Made by a program: the position numbers and the translations under genes
In this document: positions 50,107 to 57,299 of the stretch, piece after piece
Layout of the letters: every line of letters begins with the position of its first letter
Numbering within the stretch: the first letter of the stretch is position 1
Source: Promethearchaeota archaeon
Lineage (GTDB): Archaea > Asgardarchaeota > Lokiarchaeia > Sigyniarchaeales > SOKP01
DNA length: 57,299 nucleotides
Direction of reading: 5' to 3'
Assembly: GCA_048941015.1 (NCBI GenBank)
Contig: JBHLNZ010000014.1
Coordinates: 1-57,299 of the forward strand
Notes under the pieces: model-generated
What the model was told of the DNA's origin: nothing
Databases searched by the model: none
Seen by the model: the letters and a program-made list of their open reading frames with translations, nothing else

Positions 50107-51234
50107 ATGGCTAAAGGATTTGTAATTACAAAATGGACTGAGGATCAAGGGTTGATAGTATACCATATTTATCCCGAAAATCTAACAGTAGATCTAGATG
50201 ATATGATGAGAATCTTTTATGCACACATTACCGGTGCTGGAGAAGCAGGTAATGTTTTGGTGAGATTAGAAAAAGCTAAGTCAAATGTATCTAGTTATTT
50301 CACTGGTATGGAATCTGAAACACCTTTGATGATAAATTTAATGTTAGAATTAGGTGAAGATCCTGAGATGTTTGGCGAAGCAGTCATCTCTGAAATAAAT
50401 GAAAACATTTTGAAATATTTGCAGAAGATGACAGAAAATGTTGGTGAGAGCTATGAGACAACAAAAGAATTAATTGGTTATATGAAAGATGCACTACTAC
50501 TATTGGAACGTTTAAAGAATCTTTCTAAAGAACAACGAATGGCTCAAATTTTCAGTAGTGCACGATTAAGATCGATTTTAGAGATGTTACAGGAAAGAGC
50601 CTATTCAAGAGGAGAACTTCGAAATCTTATAGAAGAGAAGACAGGACGATTTATATCAAATCTTGAAATTGCATTAGATCCATTTATTAAAACTGATATT
50701 ATCAAACAAGATTGGATTGAAGGAGATACAGATACAACGTTATTTTTACTTTCAGATTTTACCATTATGCGAGCTCCTGCTGAGAAGCTAGTAGAGAGTG
50801 CTCGAAAGAATTTACCTACTCCAGAATTAGCGACAAGATATTTAGAAGAAGTTTCGAAGTTTTTTAGCACCTATGATCCTTACTTTGAAGACAATTTGAA
50901 AGTAGCTCGTAATATGATAAATCCAGATAAATATGATTTTATAACACTGTTTAGAGAGAAAGCATATCCTATAAACAAAATACCTAAAGGCTCAGGGGAA
51001 AGTTTTGAACAAATCAGAGTATTTTTACAAACACTCGAAGATGATAAAATTATTACTTCAATTAAAGATAGTACTGGAATGGAATGGATATTTTTGCTTA
51101 CTGACCCAATAGCACATACATTTTATCCCGAATATCTAATTGAAAATATAAGGAAGGACATTTCTGAGAAAAGACTTAAAAAAGATATTGCAGTTAAGCA
51201 CTTAGAATTATTGGAGCAGGTATATAAAAAATAA
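50107..51234 (+). CDS. Longin/uDENN-like domain + two winged-helix-like domains (NPRL2-like architecture)
   Basis: KGFVITKWTEDQGLIVYHIYPE N-terminus; repeated wHTH-like segments ILEMLQERAYSRGEL.. and FITLFREKAYPINKI.. Confidence 0.65.
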   Translation: MAKGFVITKWTEDQGLIVYHIYPENLTVDLDDMMRIFYAHITGAGEAGNVLVRLEKAKSNVSSYFTGMESETPLMINLMLELGEDPEMFGEAVISEINENILKYLQKMTENVGESYETTKELIGYMKDALLLLERLKNLSKEQRMAQIFSSARLRSILEMLQERAYSRGELRNLIEEKTGRFISNLEIALDPFIKTDIIKQDWIEGDTDTTLFLLSDFTIMRAPAEKLVESARKNLPTPELATRYLEEVSKFFSTYDPYFEDNLKVARNMINPDKYDFITLFREKAYPINKIPKGSGESFEQIRVFLQTLEDDKIITSIKDSTGMEWIFLLTDPIAHTFYPEYLIENIRKDISEKRLKKDIAVKHLELLEQVYKK

Positions 51235-51243
51235 TATAAAAAG

Positions 51244-53247
51244 GTGGAACAATTGGAAACCCCAAATAAGGAAGATCTATTTAAGTCAACTAAGCAAGTA
51301 TTAGAACTTATAGGACTGTCCTATGATGAAATTGATACATTTTTTCATCTAACAGGAAGAGGTCCAGTAATGATTGGTGAAATTGCTCTTTTAATTGATG
51401 TCTCTGAAGAGAGAGCTGCTGAAATTGCAAAAAATTTGCTTGAGAAAGGGCTTGTTAGAGAAATACCAGGAAAAACTCCTTTTTACGTTGCGCTACCACC
51501 ATACACCGCCTTATTAAATCAAATAAGTAGATTTAAAGAAATCGTAAAGCAAATTAGACAGAGTACTCCCCAGACACTCCAATTAAAGTTTAAAGATATT
51601 GAAGAACAATCAGGTAAACTTGGAAAATTGGGTGAATATCGGGAGTATATTCAAATGATGAAAACAAATTTACCTAAACAAATTAAATCCCAATTTGAAA
51701 GAGTTGAAGGAGAGCTCGAGAATGTTAAGAAATTTCAAGAAATAAGAGCTTTTATTGTTAATCTTAGAGAGATTGTGCCTGAAGAAATAATTAAGGAATT
51801 TAGTGTCGTTGAAGATCGTCTGGAAAAAATTAAATTAGAAATTTCTGAATCTTTCGAAAAGCAATTTAGAATTGGAGCATTAAAAAGCATGGCAGAAAAA
51901 ATTGTTGGAAAAATAATTACCGAACAATTCCATGATCTCACTGATTACTTCAAAGAAAAGTTCGTAAAGACGATTCAAGGTACATTAGATCAAGTAACTG
52001 ACCAATTAGGGACAATATCAGACGCTGCAGGTGAGATGAGTGTCGATTTAGGAGCAACTTTATCAGATATACAAACAAGATTGAAAGAAACCTTAGAGGA
52101 CCTAGATAGCAGGATCTCAACCGTATATGAAGATGTTGAAAAAGGTATCGAAGAGTTAAGGGACTTATTCCAGAGAGAAATATATGATACCCTTGAGAAG
52201 GATATAATGAAAAATATTATTGACCAGCTAGATTTATCTGAAGAGACTATGAATGAATTCTGGGAACGCTCCAAAAAAGCATCCATGTTAACCTTTAAGG
52301 ATGTATGGTTTGTTAGAAGTATAGAAGGGGTAAAAGCTCAAATTAACGAAGCGGTAACTCGTGTAAAAATGAGAATCCATATCATTGCTCCACAAATAGA
52401 AGACATCGATTTAGTTGCCCTTTCAAAAGTTAAAAAACATATTAATGTTAGAATCTCGACGAATTTTGATTGGAATAACCCAAAGCACCAAGAAATGCTT
52501 GCCCAGATTATTCAACGTCCTAATTTTGATATTAGACATTATCCAAGGGAAAATTTATGGTCAATAAATCGCGATTTTGAAGAAGTTGTAGTTTGTGTAG
52601 TATCAAAAAGTGATATTAAAGAAATTGAAATTGCAGGTATGGGATCAATTATAGGAGAACATGTTAAATTATTTGCTGGAGTTTTAGAGGATGTGTGGAT
52701 ACAGAGTAAAAAGATACAGGGATTAGAAACTCTTGTTGAATCAATAACACCACAAACCTTAGATAAATCGGTTAAAATGTCTAAAGATCCACTAGATTAC
52801 TTAGAACCAAAAAAAATAATAAAAGATCCTGTTCATTTAAAGCCAAATAAGATTCAGAAACCTGCAACTTATGTAAATCCAATGCAAAAGCAAGAAAATA
52901 ATTCTTCAATTCAACCGCTTGAACAAAAACCCCATATTCCTGTCAAAAAAGAAGTACCTACTCTAAAACAACCACCTATAGAGATTCCAGATGGGGAAAG
53001 TACAAAATTAGCTCAACAATACGATGCTATTCGAAATAGTATAGATAAAAAGAAAGGGACTGAATTAGCTTCTGACTTAGAACGATTTAGAAATAATTAT
53101 ATCGAAGAAATAGGATATTCTAGTGTATTAAATCAAATTAGTATGGGTATAGCAAGCCTTAAAGTAATACCTAAGATTTTATCTCCTATAGAAGCAAGTG
53201 ATATCCTTAAAAAATTAAATTTTTGGAAAAAGAAATTAGATCTCTAA
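51244..53247 (+). CDS. TrmB-like regulator with long helical insert, PLD-like effector domain and extra C-terminal helical domain
   Basis: GLSYDEIDTF..LLEKGLV..YVALPP wHTH; VWFVRSIEGVKAQINEAV..IHIIAP is the typical TrmB effector-domain start. Confidence 0.78.
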   Translation: MEQLETPNKEDLFKSTKQVLELIGLSYDEIDTFFHLTGRGPVMIGEIALLIDVSEERAAEIAKNLLEKGLVREIPGKTPFYVALPPYTALLNQISRFKEIVKQIRQSTPQTLQLKFKDIEEQSGKLGKLGEYREYIQMMKTNLPKQIKSQFERVEGELENVKKFQEIRAFIVNLREIVPEEIIKEFSVVEDRLEKIKLEISESFEKQFRIGALKSMAEKIVGKIITEQFHDLTDYFKEKFVKTIQGTLDQVTDQLGTISDAAGEMSVDLGATLSDIQTRLKETLEDLDSRISTVYEDVEKGIEELRDLFQREIYDTLEKDIMKNIIDQLDLSEETMNEFWERSKKASMLTFKDVWFVRSIEGVKAQINEAVTRVKMRIHIIAPQIEDIDLVALSKVKKHINVRISTNFDWNNPKHQEMLAQIIQRPNFDIRHYPRENLWSINRDFEEVVVCVVSKSDIKEIEIAGMGSIIGEHVKLFAGVLEDVWIQSKKIQGLETLVESITPQTLDKSVKMSKDPLDYLEPKKIIKDPVHLKPNKIQKPATYVNPMQKQENNSSIQPLEQKPHIPVKKEVPTLKQPPIEIPDGESTKLAQQYDAIRNSIDKKKGTELASDLERFRNNYIEEIGYSSVLNQISMGIASLKVIPKILSPIEASDILKKLNFWKKKLDL

Positions 53248-53297
53248 ATTATTTATTTTTAATTTAATAATAAAAAGAAATTATTAAATTACAATAC

Positions 53298-54578
53298 TTA
53301 TTGCTCCAATAAGATTTCTTGCATTTTTTTATTGGTATCTTGAATGAGCTTTTCATCCTGATAGTCTATCTTTTTTCTTGCGAAAACACTCCAAACAATT
53401 AAAGTCAATATCATCGATATTATAGCACAATAGAATATTAAGCTTGGTAACCCAATTAATTCAGTCAAAAATCCTGAACCTAAAGTTCCAATTGGAGAGA
53501 TTGCCATAGATAACGCAAAATCTATTGAGGTTATCCTCCCTATTTTGTCTTTTGGCACCGTTGTTTGGATCATTGTTTGATATAAGGAATTGACTATAGG
53601 AAAAAAGAATCCAAATACAGCAGCAGAGATTCCAATTAATATTATTGATCCTATTGGTACAAACGCAAACATAACATATCCAACATTTATAATTATTAGT
53701 CCGAAAAAATATACTCTCATTTGATGAGACCATTTTTTCTTAATTGAAGTAATTGCGGCTCCAACAATCATACTTCCCTGCATAAACCCCATTATGATCG
53801 CTAAAGCAAGAGCATCACCAGAATGAATTACATTAACATAATAAGGCATTAAAGTAGTAATTGGACGTATTAACAAATTTTGAAACATTGATAATATAAG
53901 AATAATAAGAAGTCCGGGTACTAATCTTAAAGTTCTAAAACCAATCCTAAAATCCTTTTTAAAGGAGATTTTCACTTTTTCTTTAACTCCATTTACAGAT
54001 GGTATTGTTACAATTAGTAAAGGGACTAAAGCTATCGCAAAGGTTATTAAATCTGTCCATAAAACTTCGTTTACTGTAAGTGTTAGTAATAAAGCTGCTC
54101 CAACAAAGGGAGCAGTTATTTCTACTATGCCAGTAAATAAATAATTAATACCATTAATTCTTGTTAAGCTTTCTTTTGGAACCATAGCAGGAATAATAGA
54201 GTTGGCTGTGGGTAGATGTATTGCTTGAAAAATGCTTCGAATGCTAATTATTATAAATACTACATAAATATTAACAAAGTTTAATGCAAAAAGGATAATC
54301 AAAGTAAGTGTCGCAAGTGCCTGTGAAGAATCCGCAATTAAAATTAAATATTTCTTATTTAATCGGTCTGATAAAACACCTGCGAAAGGTAAAACAATAA
54401 CATTTGAAATTATATATAAAAATGACGCTACTGAAAGAAATATTGGATTTCCCGTCTCAATCGTTATCCACCATGTAATTGCAAAATATACCACTGTAGA
54501 ACCGAATAGAGAAAAAAGTTGACCAGACCAAAAGAAAATATAACTTCTATATGTGTTTTTGTTTGCTAAATCTTCCAT
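53298..54578 (-). CDS. MFS efflux transporter (DHA3/MefA-like)
   Basis: FWSGQLFSLFGS, PFAGVLSDRLNKK..IAD, QTTVP..IGR. Confidence 0.9.
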   Translation of the reverse strand: MEDLANKNTYRSYIFFWSGQLFSLFGSTVVYFAITWWITIETGNPIFLSVASFLYIISNVIVLPFAGVLSDRLNKKYLILIADSSQALATLTLIILFALNFVNIYVVFIIISIRSIFQAIHLPTANSIIPAMVPKESLTRINGINYLFTGIVEITAPFVGAALLLTLTVNEVLWTDLITFAIALVPLLIVTIPSVNGVKEKVKISFKKDFRIGFRTLRLVPGLLIILILSMFQNLLIRPITTLMPYYVNVIHSGDALALAIIMGFMQGSMIVGAAITSIKKKWSHQMRVYFFGLIIINVGYVMFAFVPIGSIILIGISAAVFGFFFPIVNSLYQTMIQTTVPKDKIGRITSIDFALSMAISPIGTLGSGFLTELIGLPSLIFYCAIISMILTLIVWSVFARKKIDYQDEKLIQDTNKKMQEILLEQ

Positions 54579-54606
54579 CCTATATCCCCTAATTTCCTTT
54601 TTTCAA

Positions 54607-55509
54607 TTACATTTTATCTATTAGTTTATTTAATTTTGAAATTACCTCTTCTGAAGGAGATGTAAACTTAAAAACGCCTTCCTCAAGAATACCTTCGATA
54701 CCTTCATCGACCAATTCATAGACCAAGTTCTCCGCATCTTCATTTGATTTTTCTAAAGCTTGTGCTAATTTTTCAATTGGCAAACATTGAAGCAACTTTA
54801 TAAGACCACTTACCCTTTTCTTAATTCGCTCTTTTTCAGGTTTAGTATCAAATACTACTTTAACTTTTTTCTTTCCAAATTCATTTTCTATTTTTTCCCC
54901 TAAATCTTCTAAACCTGATTCTTTTATGGCAAGTTCTATGTTTCCACCCATTTGTTCAAAAACTTTGCCAATTTTATTTAGTTTTTTAAGATCTCCAACA
55001 TTATCTTTTACAAATTCCATCGATTTTCTTACTAATTCCGATACTGATGTACCCAAATCTTCTGCCCAATCTTTCCAATCATCACTCATCTCTGGGTCTA
55101 CTGAAATATTAATTCTTTTAGCAGCTTTTCTCTCTGCCTTTTCCAATTTCTTTTTAGCTTTATCTGTAAATTTATCAACTGCTTTTGATACTTTTTCTCG
55201 ATGTTTGTCCATTTTTCTTTGAAAATCCTCCAGATGTTCTTTCCTTAAATTATTTAAATTTTTCAATTCTTTCTCAATCTCAACGTTTTCTCGTCTCAAA
55301 TCTTCTTCTTCTAATCTTAAATCTTCTAGATCATCCTCTAATTCCTCTCTTATTTCATCCCTTTCTTCTTTTAATTCTTGATTTTTCTCTTCAATCTCAT
55401 CCTTGATCTCATCTAATTGATCTTTCAATCCTTCTTGAATTTCTTCCAATTTCTCTCGAATTTTTTGTTTCTCCTCTTCTAAAATTTTATCTTCATTATT
55501 TTTTTCCAT
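54607..55509 (-). CDS. Coiled coil + ribbon-helix-helix + PCI/wHTH-like protein
   Basis: Acidic coiled coil (1-125); RHH pattern KRINISVDPEMSDDWKDWAEDLGTSVSELVRKSM; C-terminal LPIEKLAQAL..AENLVYELVDEGIEG. Confidence 0.7.
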   Translation of the reverse strand: MEKNNEDKILEEEKQKIREKLEEIQEGLKDQLDEIKDEIEEKNQELKEERDEIREELEDDLEDLRLEEEDLRRENVEIEKELKNLNNLRKEHLEDFQRKMDKHREKVSKAVDKFTDKAKKKLEKAERKAAKRINISVDPEMSDDWKDWAEDLGTSVSELVRKSMEFVKDNVGDLKKLNKIGKVFEQMGGNIELAIKESGLEDLGEKIENEFGKKKVKVVFDTKPEKERIKKRVSGLIKLLQCLPIEKLAQALEKSNEDAENLVYELVDEGIEGILEEGVFKFTSPSEEVISKLNKLIDKM

Positions 55510-55535
55510 GATTTCATATCCTTTCTTTTCTAAAT

Positions 55536-56225
55536 TTATAATTCTTCTAATTTAATTTTAATTGGTTTATTACGTAGGAATGCTCTTTTATGAACATCTA
55601 AATTATCAACATAGTAGACAGTACCTAAGATGTCTGTACGTTCACCAATTTTTACATTTTTGCCTTTTATATCTTTCTTGACAAGCACTCTGGAAATCTC
55701 CACTTCGTTTTTCGCATAGATTGAACCACGAATCCTATACGGGTGCTTTTTTGCTGAAAAAATCTTTTTTAAACTCCATTGATACTTTGTGTCTATTAAC
55801 ACATCCTCGGCTTTAATATCTCCATAAATTCTCGCTGTACCATCAAGACTAATAACTTTATCAGACACTAAATCTCCTTTTATTGTTGATGAACCTGTTG
55901 AAATAAATCCCAGTGATACAATCACTTTATTATTAGCACGAAATGACCCTGAAGTTCTCAAAGTTCCCTGAGCTATAACTCCATTACCAACTGTCGCTGA
56001 GCCCGAAAAATTGATATCATTGTCTCCATGAAGCCCTCCATCGATATGAAATTTACCTGAGCTTTTTACATCACCATGACTAATAAGCACTCCAGCACTC
56101 CGTAATGATCCCAATATTCGAATGGCATTACATTCTAAATCACCGTTGATGTGACTCGAGCCTGAAATAATAATATCGTCATCTATTCTTCCCCCTTGAA
56201 TCCTTCCGGAACCAGAAATTTTCAT
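55536..56225 (-). CDS. Bactofilin-like / polymer-forming beta-helical protein (YhbE/YhbF-like)
   Basis: Repeated xISGSxxIxGxL beta-helix turns; IRGSIYAKNEVEI; KIGERTDILGTVYY. Confidence 0.75.
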   Translation of the reverse strand: MKISGSGRIQGGRIDDDIIISGSSHINGDLECNAIRILGSLRSAGVLISHGDVKSSGKFHIDGGLHGDNDINFSGSATVGNGVIAQGTLRTSGSFRANNKVIVSLGFISTGSSTIKGDLVSDKVISLDGTARIYGDIKAEDVLIDTKYQWSLKKIFSAKKHPYRIRGSIYAKNEVEISRVLVKKDIKGKNVKIGERTDILGTVYYVDNLDVHKRAFLRNKPIKIKLEEL

Positions 56226-56315
56226 TTTCCTAACCTCTTTACTATAATCCTTTTTTTAATTTTATTATATTTTTATCATATTTTATGAATTATTCATTAG
56301 CTTTATTTAAAATTT

Positions 56316-56325
56316 AAAAAAAAAA
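56316..56325 (-). terminator. Oligo-T (T10 on - strand), archaeal terminator-like tract
   Basis: A10 on + strand directly after the TAA of the 29-aa ORF. Confidence 0.35.
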
Positions 56326-56415
56326 TTAATAATTAATTCTTGCAGTGTACCAAACCTTAGTATCTAATTTGGCTCGCATATTCTTATATTCTTCCAATCC
56401 ATTTGTTATTTTCAT
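56326..56415 (-). CDS. Putative 29-aa leader peptide/microprotein
   Basis: Manual translation MKITNGLEEYKNMRAKLDTKVWYTARINY*; lies just downstream of the BRE-TATA and is followed by a T10 tract. Confidence 0.35.
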   Translation of the reverse strand: MKITNGLEEYKNMRAKLDTKVWYTARINY

Positions 56416-56442
56416 TTTAATTTTCACTTTTTTATTTTATTT

Positions 56443-56468
56443 TGTGTATTGATGTGTAATAGTGTGTA
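56443..56468. promoter_or_regulatory. Three TGTGTA direct repeats at exact 10-bp spacing (candidate operator)
   Basis: TGTGTA at 56443, 56453 and 56463, just downstream of the TATA box and around the expected transcription start. Confidence 0.6.
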
Positions 56469-56472
56469 TTCA

Positions 56473-56487
56473 TATTTAAATGTTTCG
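56473..56487 (-). promoter_or_regulatory. Archaeal BRE-TATA promoter
   Basis: The - strand reads CGAAACA-TTTAAATA, matching a purine-rich BRE plus TTTAWATA. Confidence 0.65.
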
Positions 56488-56535
56488 ATCAAAAAATGGG
56501 TTTTGAAGGCCTCTAATACTAATACTATTTTGATA

Positions 56536-56551
56536 TACACACCCTTGTGTA
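56536..56551. promoter_or_regulatory. Inverted repeat TACACA-N4-TGTGTA (same hexamer)
   Basis: tacaca-ccct-tgtgta, about 50 bp upstream of the BRE. Confidence 0.5.
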
Positions 56552-56558
56552 GTTAAAA

Positions 56559-56783
56559 TTAAAAAATTAAGTCCAGATAAAATCCAGAATTCTCCTCTTG
56601 AAGATATAAAGTACTAAAGGGGAGCGGTAAAGCAATAATAATTACCATGAGTACTGAACTAATCAAATTTAGAGTGATACGCCTAAAAGAGTGCTTTGGA
56701 TAGTTATACACTAGATATCTAAATAAGGTAATAAAAATCCCAATTAAAATGGAAGAAATAGACACAATAATACAGGTATTAAC
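56559..56783 (-). pseudogene. Membrane-protein fragment in frame with, and directly after, the TAG of the ICMT-like gene
   Basis: VNTCIIVSISSILIGIF...LDLIF*; no upstream ATG start; two hydrophobic segments. Confidence 0.3.
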
Positions 56784-57299
56784 CTATTTTTTGTTAATCA
56801 TTTTTATTTTTGGAAAGAATCGACCGGTTTTAGATGCATATTCCTCATAAACTTTACCAAACTTCTCTTGTAACATCTTTTCTTCTCTTTTAGCTTGATA
56901 AGGGAGTGCTAGAAAACCAATTAAACCAAAAAACATGAACCAGATTCCAGTGCTAAGAAAAATGAATATAATTTCAAATACACCTGCAATATAAGCTGGA
57001 TGGCGAACACATTTATATGTCCCCCCAGTTGCCAATGCGTATTCTTCTTCTTTCATTTGTTTAAAACAAGCAGTATAATTGACATTATAGATAAAGGTTA
57101 TTGATACCCAAACACCAAGGAGCCACATTCCAATAATACCGATCCAATATACCTCTATTGGAAGCTCAAGAATGAAAAATAGATTATGCTCCTCAAAACC
57201 AAATATTAAACGATAAACAAATGAAAGCAATATTACATATTGTATCCCTATCCCGAATGAAACGCCTATCTGAGACAATCTGCTCCCAGGTGTTTGCTT
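56784..57299 (-). CDS. Isoprenylcysteine carboxyl methyltransferase / PEMT-family membrane methyltransferase (5' end beyond window)
   Basis: LATGGTYKCVRHPAY, EEKML..FG..YEEY..RFFP; frame stays open to the window edge (KQTPGSRL..). Confidence 0.88.
   Translation of the reverse strand, partial: KQTPGSRLSQIGVSFGIGIQYVILLSFVYRLIFGFEEHNLFFILELPIEVYWIGIIGMWLLGVWVSITFIYNVNYTACFKQMKEEEYALATGGTYKCVRHPAYIAGVFEIIFIFLSTGIWFMFFGLIGFLALPYQAKREEKMLQEKFGKVYEEYASKTGRFFPKIKMINKK

Noticed and set aside
503-55406. Numerous 60-130-aa ORFs nested antisense or out of frame in long genes (e.g. 503..718, 19727..20068, 29164..29481, 43659..44042, 44275..44610, 54926..55222)
   Set aside because: S/F/I/L-rich shadows of E/K-rich coding strands, with no independent motifs
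56784-57299. ICMT-like gene as evidence for CAAX processing of the Rab-like GTPase
   Set aside because: The family is widespread in prokaryotes, and the GTPase here has no C-terminal cysteine
1-57299. CRISPR arrays, tRNA/rRNA genes, IS elements, proviruses, selenoprotein UGA readthrough
   Set aside because: No spaced repeats, GC-rich structured RNA islands, transposase/integrase motifs or UGA-split ORFs seen by eye; a tRNAscan/Rfam run would be needed to exclude small RNAs

Overview
Very AT-rich archaeal DNA with no rRNA, tRNA, CRISPR array or transposase that I can see. The gene content (roadblock-small GTPase fusion, stand-alone roadblock, several longin-like proteins, 7TM-longin proteins, a large Ig-repeat surface protein) points to an Asgard archaeon, most likely Lokiarchaeia (inference). 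Four blocks: (1) 244-6784, two non-pyrrolysine MttB methyltransferases, a corrinoid protein, a Cys/Met PLP lyase and a GPH transporter; (2) 7-23 kb, a mix of signalling and housekeeping genes, including tandem 7TM-longin paralogs, two small paralogous ORFs missed by the ORF track, a roadblock-Rab-like GTPase, an orphan DNA methyltransferase, an AlkP/GH38 pair and a CDF-wHTH protein; (3) 23084-37495, an almost complete mevalonate/isoprenoid cluster encoding two alternative routes from mevalonate-5-phosphate to isopentenyl phosphate (PMDh+UbiD+UbiX, and a haloarchaeal-type ATP-dependent decarboxylase), an IPK-IDI2 fusion and an HMG-CoA synthase with a DUF35-like tail; (4) 37647-53247, a + strand run with a GCS2-fold carboxylate-amine ligase, an amidohydrolase, two proteins sharing a longin/uDENN-like N-terminus, a roadblock, a missed 5-Cys microprotein and an expanded TrmB-like regulator. 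At the right end, a bactofilin-like/RHH-PCI/MFS unit lies behind a promoter followed by 10-bp-phased TGTGTA repeats. All family calls come from motif recognition by eye; no database searches were run.
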